DNA of 64,000 nt from positions 53,764 through 117,763 of the forward strand of contig JBEKEA010000001.1 in the NCBI GenBank assembly GCA_050014075.1, given 5' to 3'. Every line of letters begins with the position of its first letter. Position 1 is the first letter of the stretch. A program made the position numbers and the translations under genes. The notes beneath the pieces were generated by a model. That model made no database searches. It worked only from the letters and a program-made list of their open reading frames with translations, and had not been told where the DNA came from. This stretch comes from Sedimentisphaerales bacterium (GTDB lineage Bacteria > Planctomycetota > Phycisphaerae > Sedimentisphaerales > UBA12454). This document shows positions 30,870 through 43,948 of this stretch, in pieces.

Positions 30870-32357
30870 TTAGGCGGCGCGGAGACGGAATAATTGCATT
30901 AATCTATCGCTGATAGGAGTTTTTCCTGCCGGCAGGTCGCGGGTGAGCCACTTACCATTTCGCATCGTCAAAACCGCCCAAATGCTTATCCACCACAATC
31001 CCGACAGCCAGAACAGGCCATAGGCGTAAGACCAAATCGCTTCTGAACTTCGGCGTCGCAGCAAATAGAAAACGGCAGGCGCCGTTGATGCGATTACCGC
31101 TCCAAACAAAACCTGCGACAAATATACGCTGGGCTGCACAAGCATCCAGCCGGCAACAGCGAAAACAAGTATTCGCGACACGACGGGATTAATAAAAGAT
31201 ACTATGAAGTTGACTCTTGCCCCGCTTGTGTCTTTGCGGAATTTTTTAAACATAAATTTAACCATTACCCATGTTTCACGCACATTGCTCCTGGACCAGC
31301 GGAGCAGCATCTTGCACAACTGGCCGTATTCTGTCGGCACCATAGTATAAACTACGGCGTTAGACTGAAATCTAACATCGTAACCGTTTTTCAGGACGAT
31401 ATTGGTTATTGCCCTGTCTTCGCCGATGGTGGCGGGCTGACCGAGAAATGTCTGATGAACCCAGTCTTTGAGATCTTTTATTACAACGCTTTTTCGATAA
31501 GCGCTTAGAGCTCCGGGGGTGCAGAAAACGGTATTGACCATACTTTGGCTTGCGCGAATGAAATCAAAACTATATGCGAAAGAAACCTCTAGCATCTTCG
31601 GAATAATTCCATCTCTGCGGTTGAGAACGCGAACGCTGCCGGCCACTGCGCCTATTTTGGAATCGGATACAAACGGACTGACAAGCCTCCGAATAGTCTG
31701 TCGTTCAATTATCGAATCGCTGTCTATTGTTACAACAATATCTCCCCTGCCGCGAATTATGCCTTCGTATAACGCTGCGCGTTTGCCGCGATTCTTTTTA
31801 AAGTTTATCATTTCAATCCTGCCGGCGGATTCTGCGCAGGCTTTTTGAATCCATGAAAGAGTGTCGTCTGCGCTGCCATCATTGATAGCAATGATTTGAA
31901 GTTTATTGATTGGATAATCGCTTTTTAAAACGCTTCGCAGCGTTTTGAGCATATGTTTGCCTTCGTTGTAAGCAGGCACAATCACTGTGCATCGCGGCAA
32001 CTGTTCATCGGTGCAGCTTCGCACGGGTCTGTAACCCAATACAAGCAGAACTCGCCAGAGGAACACTATAACATTTGATAACAGGAGCGCACGGAAAGAA
32101 TAAAAAAACATCCAGCCTGTCCGGCTCATACGGAGTTCTTCGAGCATGGCCCTGAAATCCGCAAGAGTCAAAAAACCGCTGTATATAATCATCGCCGTTA
32201 TAAGCGCAATACAAATCTTTGCTGAAGAATCCGTTGTCAGCGGAAGACTTATACTGCTGCGATATGCACCGCCAAACCGCGGCGAATAAATTGCGAGCCT
32301 GCTGGTCGGAGTTGTAACTGCACCGTAACCCTGAAAAAACTTCTTAACATCAAACAT
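30870..32357 (-). CDS. Processive GT2 glycosyltransferase (hyaluronan synthase/NodC-like)
   Basis: VPAYNE, NDGS, GKR, DSD, GEDR, LLRW; N- and C-terminal TM segments. Start position uncertain. Confidence 0.88.
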   Translation of the reverse strand: MFDVKKFFQGYGAVTTPTSRLAIYSPRFGGAYRSSISLPLTTDSSAKICIALITAMIIYSGFLTLADFRAMLEELRMSRTGWMFFYSFRALLLSNVIVFLWRVLLVLGYRPVRSCTDEQLPRCTVIVPAYNEGKHMLKTLRSVLKSDYPINKLQIIAINDGSADDTLSWIQKACAESAGRIEMINFKKNRGKRAALYEGIIRGRGDIVVTIDSDSIIERQTIRRLVSPFVSDSKIGAVAGSVRVLNRRDGIIPKMLEVSFAYSFDFIRASQSMVNTVFCTPGALSAYRKSVVIKDLKDWVHQTFLGQPATIGEDRAITNIVLKNGYDVRFQSNAVVYTMVPTEYGQLCKMLLRWSRSNVRETWVMVKFMFKKFRKDTSGARVNFIVSFINPVVSRILVFAVAGWMLVQPSVYLSQVLFGAVIASTAPAVFYLLRRRSSEAIWSYAYGLFWLSGLWWISIWAVLTMRNGKWLTRDLPAGKTPISDRLMQLFRLRAA

Positions 32358-32730
32358 TAGAAACTTCCTCCAGCCTGCCAGCAGCTGGTTATATGGATAT
32401 ATGGCGTGAAATATATGTTGTTCTTAACAGGATATGAAATCCACTTTCTTCCTGCGGTTTCTTACATATATACGAAAAATAATATTATATCAAAAAATAT
32501 GCTAAAAATCAAACAAAAAAAACAGAATATCCTCTTTTTTTGATTAAAATTAAGCTTTTTACCATTATTATTACTGAATAATTGAGGATTGTGCCGGCAT
32601 TAATAAATACAAATTATGATTACTCCGCCGATATCGTCTGGCGGGTGAGGGTGGGAAAAAACGTGCATTGCAACCTGGAAGTGTTAAAATGTGGCGGAAT
32701 TGATTTTGAGACGGTGAATGGAAAACGATA

Positions 32731-33312
32731 ATGCGATTTATAAAATTTATCAGAGAATTCTTAAAAAACCCAAAAGAGGTCGGGGCAGTGGCTGAAAGTT
32801 CAGGGTTTCTGGCCAGGAAAATGGCACAGCAGATGAACGGAGCAACTAACGTAGTTGAATTCGGGCCCGGAACCGGTTCTGTTACAACGGAAATTTTGCG
32901 TCATCTGCCGAAAAACGGCAAGCTGACCTGCTTTGAAATCAATTCCAATTTCTGCGAACGCCTGAAATCAATAAAGGATTCACGGCTGAAAGTCATCAAT
33001 GACGATGTGCAGAACTGCGGCAAATATGTCGAACAATTCGATTGTGTTCTATCCAGCCTGCCTTTGGCGACATTTGGCAAATCAGATAGAGAAAAAATAA
33101 TTGCTTTGTCCAGCAGGAGCAAAACCTATATTCAGTTTCAATACAATCCATTCCTTAAGCCGAAACTGAAACAGTATTTTCATGACGTAAAAATGAAATT
33201 TGTTCCATTGAATATTCCCCCGGCATTTGTTTACATTTCAAAAAATCCAAAAAATAAAGCCGGGCAACCCAAATTTAACAATCAACAAAATATTGAAGCT
33301 AAAATTCTTTAG
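32731..33312 (+). CDS. Class I SAM-dependent methyltransferase, phospholipid/ornithine-lipid N-methyltransferase-like
   Basis: VGAVAESS..LA, VEFGPGTG, SSLP, QFQY, NIPPA. Confidence 0.8.
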   Translation: MRFIKFIREFLKNPKEVGAVAESSGFLARKMAQQMNGATNVVEFGPGTGSVTTEILRHLPKNGKLTCFEINSNFCERLKSIKDSRLKVINDDVQNCGKYVEQFDCVLSSLPLATFGKSDREKIIALSSRSKTYIQFQYNPFLKPKLKQYFHDVKMKFVPLNIPPAFVYISKNPKNKAGQPKFNNQQNIEAKIL

Positions 33313-34126
33313 CCAGCGCAATTCCCGCCGTCGGGCCATCGTGCAGTTCTGAGACAAGTGGGCGAACCTTGAAACCCGCAAGGTCAAGTTTATATTCGCC
33401 GGCGATTGTATGTCCGACAATATATCCTAAAACGCCGCCGAACAAAACATCGCTTGCCCAGTGGTCGCCGGAATCCATCATTCGATAGCCTACAAAGCCC
33501 GCCGCCAGATACGCGGGAATGCCGATTTGGGGGCCGTAAAATTCATCCAGCACTGAAGCGACGGTAAAAGAACTCGCTGTATGGCCGCTTGGCCAAGCCA
33601 AGTTGAAGCCGTTCGGCGTATGATTATGGACTATGCCTTTTAGTGCAATGGTCGTAACGCCGGTAACGGTCAGGGCTCTCATCATAATCCAGCTTCGCTG
33701 AACATTTAAATCGTCTTTATTGCTTGAAGCCATCCAATACCATATACCGGTAGCGGCAAAATGAGTTCCAGGATTACCCGCGATATCAGTGAAATTGTCC
33801 AGGTCCTTGGGCAGAGACCTGTGCTTATCAAAATGCTCGCCAACTTTATCATCGGCCCCGCTGTCGTGCAACGCGATGCTGCCGCCGCCGGCAAGGAGTA
33901 AAAGAAGTAAATTATCGCCATTAAAATATGTCATTTTCGCGTCGTCCCAGCAGACTTTCGGAAACACTTTGGCGTCCTTTAAGATATTTCCCGTCGCGGG
34001 AACGTACTTGCTGGAATTAGAATCATTAGGTTCTGCGGAAAAAACAGAAATATTAAATATGCAAATTAAGAACAAAAATTTTAAATTTGAAATTTTAAAT
34101 TTAAAATCCATTTTATTCCCATTCAA
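33299..34126 (-). CDS. PAP2 family phosphatase
   Basis: PSGH and R...GDHWASDV motifs; overlaps the guaA stop. Start may be 34111. Confidence 0.8.
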   Translation of the reverse strand: MNGNKMDFKFKISNLKFLFLICIFNISVFSAEPNDSNSSKYVPATGNILKDAKVFPKVCWDDAKMTYFNGDNLLLLLLAGGGSIALHDSGADDKVGEHFDKHRSLPKDLDNFTDIAGNPGTHFAATGIWYWMASSNKDDLNVQRSWIMMRALTVTGVTTIALKGIVHNHTPNGFNLAWPSGHTASSFTVASVLDEFYGPQIGIPAYLAAGFVGYRMMDSGDHWASDVLFGGVLGYIVGHTIAGEYKLDLAGFKVRPLVSELHDGPTAGIALAKEF

Positions 34127-35654
34127 TTGTCGCCGGCGGTTTAGAACTTATATCGTAAACAACACGATTAATTCCCCTGACTTCGTTTATAATACGATTG
34201 GCAATAATAGCAAGTACATCGTAAGGAATCCGCGAAAAATCTGCCGTCATAAAATCAGTCGTATCGACCGAGCGGATAGCAATAACATTATCATAGCTTC
34301 TTTCGTCGCCCATAACCCCGACTGTCGCGACCGGGACAAGCACCGCCAAAGTCTGCGAGACTTTCCTGTAAAGCTGGGCCGCTTTAATCTCGTCTATAAG
34401 TATTTCGTCAGCTTCTCTAAGAATCTTAAGTCTTTCTTCTGTGATTTCGCCGATGATTCGCACGGCAAGGCCCGGGCCGGGGAAAGGATGCCGCCAGACA
34501 ATATTCTCCGGCAGACCCAGGTATTCGCCAACAAGCCGCACTTCGTCCTTGAACAAATCTCGCAGCGGCTCGATCAGCTCAAAGCCCAACTCGGCAGGCA
34601 GGCCGCCGACGTTATGATGAAGTTTTATATTGGCGGCAAGATTGCCGTCCTTGTTCCCTGATTCGATTACATCGGGATAAAGCGTTCCCTGGGCGAGGAA
34701 TTTGGCATCAGGAATTTTTTTCGCCTCCGATTTGAAGGCCTCGATAAATTCGTGTCCGATTATTATTCTTTTCTTCTGCGGGTCTGTAACGCCCTGAAGT
34801 TTTTCGAGAAATTGCCTGCTCCAGTCAACAACGTGCAAATCAATGTGAAAATGATCCTTGAAGGTGCTTTCGACCTGTTCTCTTTCATTTTTTCGCAATA
34901 AGCCGTTATCGACAAATATGCATTTAAGTCTGTCGCCGATTGCTTTGTGAATGAGTGTCGCGGTAACAGCAGAATCGACCCCGCCGCTAAGACCGCAGAT
35001 AACAGTACCTTTTGCTGCCTGACTGCGAATTTTCTCAATCGTCTGCTCGGCAAAATCTTTCATTTGCCAATCGCCGCGGCATTTGCAGATGTCGGACAGG
35101 AAGTTTTTCATCATTATATTGCCTTTGGGCGTATGGCTGACTTCCGGATGAAACTGCAAACCGTAGAATTTTTTGTTTTTATTTCGCACAGCCGAGTAAG
35201 GACAGGTTTTTGTTTTCGCAAGAACATCAAAATCTTTGCTCAAACTTTCGGCCTGGTCGCCGTGGCTCATCCAGACTGTCGCGGTATCGCCGACGCCTGC
35301 GAATAAATCTTTTGAATCTGTGATAGTAATAACCGCTCTGCCGTATTCTCTGCTTTTAGCAGGTTTTATTTTCGCGCCCAGCACCTTGCAGCCCCACTGC
35401 ATTCCGTAACAGATGCCGAGAATTGGAACGCCGAGGTCGAATATTTTTTCATCGCAGACAGGAGCATTAGGGGCATAGACACTGGCCGGACCGCCGGAAA
35501 GGATTATGCCTTTGAGGTTTTTGATTTGTGAAAGTTCTTTTGCGGTGATACCAGGCTGGTAAATTATCGAATAGACATTATGCTCACGAACTCTGCGCGC
35601 TATTAGTTGACCATACTGGCTGCCGAAATCAATGATAGCTATCGTTTCGCTCAT
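34113..35654 (-). CDS. guaA: GMP synthase
   Basis: [31 protein letters not shown]. Confidence 0.99.
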   Translation of the reverse strand: MSETIAIIDFGSQYGQLIARRVREHNVYSIIYQPGITAKELSQIKNLKGIILSGGPASVYAPNAPVCDEKIFDLGVPILGICYGMQWGCKVLGAKIKPAKSREYGRAVITITDSKDLFAGVGDTATVWMSHGDQAESLSKDFDVLAKTKTCPYSAVRNKNKKFYGLQFHPEVSHTPKGNIMMKNFLSDICKCRGDWQMKDFAEQTIEKIRSQAAKGTVICGLSGGVDSAVTATLIHKAIGDRLKCIFVDNGLLRKNEREQVESTFKDHFHIDLHVVDWSRQFLEKLQGVTDPQKKRIIIGHEFIEAFKSEAKKIPDAKFLAQGTLYPDVIESGNKDGNLAANIKLHHNVGGLPAELGFELIEPLRDLFKDEVRLVGEYLGLPENIVWRHPFPGPGLAVRIIGEITEERLKILREADEILIDEIKAAQLYRKVSQTLAVLVPVATVGVMGDERSYDNVIAIRSVDTTDFMTADFSRIPYDVLAIIANRIINEVRGINRVVYDISSKPPATIEWE

Positions 35655-35667
35655 AGTGCCCGCTGTA

Positions 35668-37224
<1,557 letters not shown>

Positions 37225-37953
37225 TTATGCGTTTTCGGAGCAGACTTTTATCGCCTCGGCAAGATTCATAGTTCCCTCGTAAAGCGCCCTGCCGACAATG
37301 GCTGCGGAAATAACCTTAGTTTGGGCCAGTTTCTGTATATCCTCAATTGTCGTAACTCCGCCGGCGGCGATTACAGGAAATTTTATCGCTTCGGCTAAAG
37401 CCTTTGTCCTCTCGATGTTAGGCCCGGCAAGCATTCCGTCTCGGTTTATATCGGTGTAAATAATCGCTGCAAGCGGCAAATCCGCCGCCTTTTTAGCAAG
37501 CTCAATCACTTCCTGAGAACTGTCTTTTTTCCAGCCATCTGTGGCAATCTTACTTCCTCTGGCATCAAGACTTAACACGATTTTGCCGGCAAATTCCTTC
37601 GCTACAGCGCTGAACCATTCGAAATCACTGACGGCCTTAGTTCCGAGTATCACACGAGTTACGCCCATATCGAGCATAGTTGTGATGGAATCCCTGTCGC
37701 GAATTCCGCCGCCAACCTGGATTTTTAAACCTTTTGCTGTTGAAACAATTTCACGAACCGTGTCGCAATTCACGCATCTGCCAAGCTTTGCGCCATCGAG
37801 GTCAATAATGTGCAGCCATTCTGAGCCGGCAGCGCGAAATTCAATGGCTTTTTTTGCGGGGTCGTCCTCGTAATTTATATAACGGTTGTATTCGCCCTGG
37901 ATTAGACGAACACATTTGCCGCCAAGTAAATCTATGGCCGGTATTACATACAT
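37225..37953 (-). CDS. hisA: ProFAR isomerase
   Basis: IPAIDL..GKCVRL.QG, QVGGGIR, TDINRDGML.G. Confidence 0.97.
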   Translation of the reverse strand: MYVIPAIDLLGGKCVRLIQGEYNRYINYEDDPAKKAIEFRAAGSEWLHIIDLDGAKLGRCVNCDTVREIVSTAKGLKIQVGGGIRDRDSITTMLDMGVTRVILGTKAVSDFEWFSAVAKEFAGKIVLSLDARGSKIATDGWKKDSSQEVIELAKKAADLPLAAIIYTDINRDGMLAGPNIERTKALAEAIKFPVIAAGGVTTIEDIQKLAQTKVISAAIVGRALYEGTMNLAEAIKVCSENA

Positions 37954-38073
37954 TTCAAGTCCCTTAAAGGATTTAGGCGAATTTTAGAGAGTTACCCAAC
38001 AGGTTTCAAGGACAAATTATAGCCTTTTAAATATTAATATATAAAAACACGAAAAAAAAATTTAAAAATATTG

Positions 38074-38117
38074 TTGACAAATATAAGGCCTTATATTACT
38101 ATGTCTATAGGAATAGT
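38074..38117 (+). promoter_or_regulatory. Promoter with overlapping candidate Rrf2/CymR operator
   Basis: TTGACA at 38074; actatgtctataggaatagt. A similar ccataggaata lies upstream of the YezD-like ORF (about 38614-38624). Confidence 0.45.
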
Positions 38118-38148
38118 GATAATGAAAGCAGTATTTGTAACACCAAAA

Positions 38149-38586
38149 ATGATTTCGCAAAAATGCAGGTATGCATTGCGGGCCATATTTGAATTGGCTA
38201 GTCACGAGAAGTCAGACGTGATGAAAATTGCTGAAATCGCCGCTGCGCAGAGTATACCGCCGCGATTTTTGGAAAATATTCTCTTGGAACTTAAACAGGC
38301 GGAATTTGTAGCATCGAGGCTCGGCAATGCCGGCGGATATATGTTAAAAAGGCCTGCTTCAAAGCTGACGGTAGGTGAAGTAATTTTGTTCGTGCAGGGT
38401 TCTCTAATGAATAAGTTTGCGATGTCCGAGAACATAACTTTTAGAAACGGCGATTACGCTTTTTCAAATCTCTGGCAGCGATTAAATGATTCAATATCCG
38501 ACATTTATAACAATACAACATTTGCTAATCTTGTTGAAGAAGAATTAAATTCGACAAAAGAATATGTGCCGGATTATATAATTTGA
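38149..38586 (+). CDS. Rrf2 family regulator, CymR-like (no Fe-S cysteine triad)
   Basis: YALRA, IPPRFLENIL, SRLGNAGGY; C-terminal DYII; sits upstream of cysK. Start uncertain. Confidence 0.88.
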   Translation: MISQKCRYALRAIFELASHEKSDVMKIAEIAAAQSIPPRFLENILLELKQAEFVASRLGNAGGYMLKRPASKLTVGEVILFVQGSLMNKFAMSENITFRNGDYAFSNLWQRLNDSISDIYNNTTFANLVEEELNSTKEYVPDYII

Positions 38587-38635
38587 TTTTTTTTAGGAAC
38601 ACTATAAGTAAAACCATAGGAATAATAGGAATAAA

Positions 38636-38830
38636 ATGAGTTCGAAAAATAATATAAATGATGCATCTATAACTAATGCCATTATACGCGATATTGCAAC
38701 GGCTGTAGCCGGTCTGGAATTCGGAAGCGTTTTAATCAAAGTGCACAACGCACAAATAGTGCAAATTGAAGTGACACAACGAAAACGATTCGATGAATCC
38801 TGTAATGTCGAGAAAGGAGGCGGCATTTAG
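38636..38830 (+). CDS. YezD/DUF2292 family small protein
   Basis: LEFGSVLIKVHNAQIVQIEVTQRKR matches the family pattern; sulfur operon context. Confidence 0.8.
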   Translation: MSSKNNINDASITNAIIRDIATAVAGLEFGSVLIKVHNAQIVQIEVTQRKRFDESCNVEKGGGI

Positions 38831-38960
38831 TTAAATAAAAGTTTTTCCGGGCGGTCATGCCGCAGGAACGGATATAAATAAATATTAAAGACGGGTACAA
38901 CCAGACATCTGGAAAATCCTGCTTAAAAAAGAACAAAAAATATTTTAAGGAGATTTTCCA

Positions 38961-39794
38961 ATGAAAAAGCTGGTTATAATTGTATTGGTCGGCCTGGGAC
39001 TAGTGTCAGCAAACACTCTCTCATACGCCGGCGTCCCGCTAATTAACCTTGAAGGAGTTGGAGGCATTGCTTTTAACCCTCTGGCTTATACTGCCGGCGA
39101 GAAAATCGAAGAGTCTAATAAGCCGAGTAAATTTTCTCTCGACAATGTCGTCACCAGTAAACCGCAGATTGGCACCTGGTATGTAAATCTTAAACAAAGC
39201 AAAATAGACTGGTCAACAGTTGGTATTGCGCAAACCTTTTTTAACCGTTTAGAGCTTTCTTACGGTTATGAACATATTTCAACAAGCTTCCAGAATAATA
39301 TAGAGAAACACAACTTCGGCGCAAAATTGCTTGTGCTGGAAGAAAAGGAATATATCCCTGCTGTTTCAGTCGGCACGGTCTTTAAACATACAACCTACGA
39401 TGGCGCTAAAGACAGTACCGATTGGGACTATTACATAGTGGCAACAAAACTTATCAAGAAAACTTTCCCCAAGCCTGTGCTGATAAGCGGCGGTTTGCTC
39501 TCCACAAAAGGAAAAGTTCTTGGAGTTCTTGGCTTCGATGACCAACGCGATGAAGTGCTTTTCGGAAATATCGATGTGCTGCCTCTTGAGAATGTGGCCG
39601 TTGGCGTTGAATACCGGCAGGGAGCGAAATTCAGCGATTTTAAGAATGCCGACTACTGGGATGCCCATATTGCCTGGTTTGTAAATAAAAACTTTTCATT
39701 GGTTGCCGCTTATGTAATCACCGGCAATCGAACGGGAAGTCCCGCTGTCGGACTCGGCGACGGAGTTGTTTTAAGCGCTCAATATGCATTTTAA
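38961..39794 (+). CDS. Putative outer-membrane beta-barrel protein (DUF3034-like)
   Basis: Signal peptide, EGVGG..NPLA motif, amphipathic strands, terminal YAF. Confidence 0.7.
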   Translation: MKKLVIIVLVGLGLVSANTLSYAGVPLINLEGVGGIAFNPLAYTAGEKIEESNKPSKFSLDNVVTSKPQIGTWYVNLKQSKIDWSTVGIAQTFFNRLELSYGYEHISTSFQNNIEKHNFGAKLLVLEEKEYIPAVSVGTVFKHTTYDGAKDSTDWDYYIVATKLIKKTFPKPVLISGGLLSTKGKVLGVLGFDDQRDEVLFGNIDVLPLENVAVGVEYRQGAKFSDFKNADYWDAHIAWFVNKNFSLVAAYVITGNRTGSPAVGLGDGVVLSAQYAF

Positions 39795-39803
39795 AGGAGT
39801 TAA

Positions 39804-41099
<1,296 letters not shown>

Positions 41100-41121
41100 A
41101 CAGTTAGATTGGAGATAAAAA

Positions 41122-42051
41122 ATGGGAAAAATATTTGAAGATATCACAAAAACAATCGGCAATACGCCTTTGGTAAAACTCAACAGGATTACTAAAGGGA
41201 CAAATGCAACTGTGCTTGTAAAGATAGAATCATTTAACCCTCTTTCCAGCGTCAAGGACCGAATAGGCGTAGCGTTAATTGAAGATGCGGAAAAGAAAGG
41301 TCTGCTGCGCAAGGATTCGATAATAATAGAGCCGACAAGCGGAAATACGGGCATTGCTTTGGCGTTTGTGGCCGCGGCAAAAGGATATAAATTGATTCTT
41401 ACTATGCCCGAAACAATGAGTATCGAAAGGAGACAGCTGCTGAAAATCTTCGGCGCAGAACTTGTGCTTACCGAAGGGCCGAAAGGGATGAAAGGAGCAA
41501 TTGAAAAGGCAGAGGAGCTTGCCAAACAAACGCCGAACAGCTTTATACCGCAGCAATTCAACAACCCGGCCAATCCCGAAATACATCGCAGAACCACAGC
41601 AGAAGAAATATGGAAAGATACCGACGGCAAAGTCGATATTCTCGTTTCCGGCGTCGGCACAGGCGGCACCATTACCGGCATAGCCGAGGTAATCAAAAAA
41701 AGAAAAAAGACATTCAAGGCGATTGCGGTCGAGCCGGATGCTTCGCCAGTCCTATCGGGCGGAAAACCAAGTCCGCACAAAATTCAGGGCATAGGCGCCG
41801 GTTTCGTTCCGAATGTGTTGAACAGAGAAATAGTCGACGAGATTGTTCGCGTTAAAGACGCAGATGTCGGCGAAACCGCAAGGCAACTGGCAAAGTTAGA
41901 GGGCATTTTGGCCGGTATCTCCGGCGGCGCCGCATTATGGGCCGGACTCGAGGTTGCCAAACGCAAAGAAAACAAAGATAAATTAATAGTCGTTATTTTG
42001 CCGGACACGGGAGAACGGTATCTCTCGACATGGCTGTTCCAGGAGTCTTAG
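41122..42051 (+). CDS. cysK: Cysteine synthase A
   Basis: [43 protein letters not shown]. Confidence 0.97.
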   Translation: MGKIFEDITKTIGNTPLVKLNRITKGTNATVLVKIESFNPLSSVKDRIGVALIEDAEKKGLLRKDSIIIEPTSGNTGIALAFVAAAKGYKLILTMPETMSIERRQLLKIFGAELVLTEGPKGMKGAIEKAEELAKQTPNSFIPQQFNNPANPEIHRRTTAEEIWKDTDGKVDILVSGVGTGGTITGIAEVIKKRKKTFKAIAVEPDASPVLSGGKPSPHKIQGIGAGFVPNVLNREIVDEIVRVKDADVGETARQLAKLEGILAGISGGAALWAGLEVAKRKENKDKLIVVILPDTGERYLSTWLFQES

Positions 42052-42126
42052 ATGAAGTATATCACCCTTAAAGAAAATAACATATTTTATTGTTGCTGTC
42101 CTATTTATTTCGCAGTCGGATTATAA
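42052..42126 (+). CDS. Candidate Cys-sensing leader peptide MKYITLKENNIFYCCCPIYFAVGL
   Basis: ATG abuts the cysK stop; AGGAG RBS at 42041-42045; three consecutive Cys codons pair with the downstream RBS. Confidence 0.55.
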   Translation: MKYITLKENNIFYCCCPIYFAVGL

Positions 42127-42162
42127 ATTTTAATTAAAATTTAAATAAATAGGATACGACAA

Positions 42163-42315
42163 ATGGAAAATATTGAAGCATTTTACACATTAGCATTATT
42201 GTATGGATTCATCAGTCTGGAAACATACGGACAGATTATTTCGAAGAATAATATCAGCCAGGAAAATACTGAGGAACTAATATCTTCTCAAGCCGAAGAA
42301 TATCTATACGTATAG
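42163..42315 (+). CDS. Small hypothetical protein, 50 aa, ends EEYLYV
   Basis: AGGA RBS at 42151-42154; open frame MENIEAFYTLALLYGF...AEEYLYV before the terminator. Confidence 0.5.
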   Translation: MENIEAFYTLALLYGFISLETYGQIISKNNISQENTEELISSQAEEYLYV

Positions 42316-42387
42316 GCGGAATATTTATTGTAACTGAGCCGAATCTTTCAACGTGGTTATTTGACGATTCATAATCTGTGAATTAAT

Positions 42388-42417
42388 AAAAAAGGCTCGC
42401 CGGAGGGCGAGCCTTTT
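42388..42417. terminator. Bidirectional intrinsic terminator
   Basis: aaaaaaggctcgcc-ggag-ggcgagcctttt between the cys operon and the convergent csp gene. Confidence 0.85.
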
Positions 42418-42435
42418 GTGTGCAATTCTTTGTTG

Positions 42436-42639
42436 TTAGACAGGCGTTACATTGTTTGCACAAGGGCCTTTCTTGCCCTGGCCAACCTCAAAGTTAACCT
42501 TCTGGTTTTCATTGAGTGATGCATAACCTGCGGTCTTGACTTCCGAATGATGGACAAACAAATCGCTGCCGCCGTCATCTGGAGTAATAAAACCATAACC
42601 CTTTTCCGAATTGAACCATTTTACTGTACCTGTACTCAT
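42436..42639 (-). CDS. Cold-shock protein
   Basis: GTVKWFN.EKGYGFI and DLFVHHS. Confidence 0.97.
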   Translation of the reverse strand: MSTGTVKWFNSEKGYGFITPDDGGSDLFVHHSEVKTAGYASLNENQKVNFEVGQGKKGPCANNVTPV

Positions 42640-42906
42640 TACTAACTCCTTGGCCTGTTTAAAGGCGATAAAAAATACTATCTCTCGATTTTAATTTACT
42701 TTGGAAATATACTCTTGAGAGATGAAAAAATATACACCAAAACAACTAATTTTCATAAATTATACGAAATAGACCTTTAAAAGTCTATAAAAATATTAAA
42801 TAAATTATTAAATTGAGCCAATTATGGCTTTTTTGGCTAAATTATTGAATAGGCCGAAAAATTCTGCTCACCTTTGTTTTAATGCCGCATTTCAGACAAT
42901 TTTCCC

Positions 42907-43209
42907 CTATAGGCCTTTTGAAGTTTTAATTATCAGTTTAAGTGCGGCAATATGTTGAGTAAACGCATCCCGGCCTTTGTCCGAAACACTGATAAAAGTG
43001 CGCGGTTTTTTGGCCACAAAAGTTTTTTCAATCCTGACGTAACCGGCACCTTCGAGTTTTGCCAAATGAGCGCCGAGATTGCCATCGGTCGCCTTTAAGA
43101 GGTTTCGCAGAAAAATAAAATCCATCTGGTCGGCAGGTTCAAGCACAATAAGCGCGGCCATAATTCGCAATCTGAGCGGCTGATGAATAATGTTATCAAG
43201 TTCAGACAT
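42907..43209 (-). CDS. Winged-helix transcriptional regulator
   Basis: IIHQPLRLRIM, TDGNLGAHLAKLE; GGAGGT RBS before ATG 43209. Confidence 0.88.
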   Translation of the reverse strand: MSELDNIIHQPLRLRIMAALIVLEPADQMDFIFLRNLLKATDGNLGAHLAKLEGAGYVRIEKTFVAKKPRTFISVSDKGRDAFTQHIAALKLIIKTSKGL

Positions 43210-43211
43210 CT

Positions 43212-43793
43212 TTACCTCCACCGCAATCTAATATATAAGCCTGTGCAGAGAATTGTGCCGCCGCCTGTAATAGCCATCCAAATACAATAGTAGTGCGGAA
43301 AAAAATAAAAGCCTGTCAGGGTCGTCGCTGTTACCGCTAGTCCGAGCCAGACCATAAAGTAGCTGCCAAACCAAAGCCCCATTACAATATACCCAAACAT
43401 GGCCGCTGTGGAAAAGACGGCGTTGATCTGCAGACCATTGAAAGGTGCCAATATTTTAAGCCAGATAAAAGCGTAAACAAACAACAGAATCCAGAACCAC
43501 CCTAGACGCCGACTTGTCTTTTGCGAAAGAAAAGTCCTAACCCAAGGCTCGGTATGAGAAATATGGTGGATTAGAAATGTGCCAAACATGCCGACTGCAA
43601 CAAAACCCCAACTTATATAATGGGCATAATCAGGATAAAATTGAAGCACAGTATTATTAACTACCCAGATAACACCCCAAAGAATCAGTAAAGAATTTGC
43701 ATGGGAGGAAGCTATGGCCTTGCGAGTCTGTTTCATAATTTCTTCAATCACTGCCAGCGAATCCTGAGCATTTTCGCCATCTAACTTATCCAT
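43212..43793 (-). CDS. Integral membrane protein, about 6 TM, coupled to the regulator
   Basis: Hydrophobic segments; tight spacing to the wHTH gene. Confidence 0.8.
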   Translation of the reverse strand: MDKLDGENAQDSLAVIEEIMKQTRKAIASSHANSLLILWGVIWVVNNTVLQFYPDYAHYISWGFVAVGMFGTFLIHHISHTEPWVRTFLSQKTSRRLGWFWILLFVYAFIWLKILAPFNGLQINAVFSTAAMFGYIVMGLWFGSYFMVWLGLAVTATTLTGFYFFPHYYCIWMAITGGGTILCTGLYIRLRWR

Positions 43794-43948
43794 TAATTGT
43801 TCCTTTCTAATTAATCTTCACTGTAACATAGAGTACTCTACGATACAGAGTTGATTTTGTCAATAAATTTTTCAGAATTTTTGAGAATTTTTCAAAAAAT
43901 GCCAATTTTTATGCTAAAAAATGGGTTTTTAGGATTAAAAACATATAC

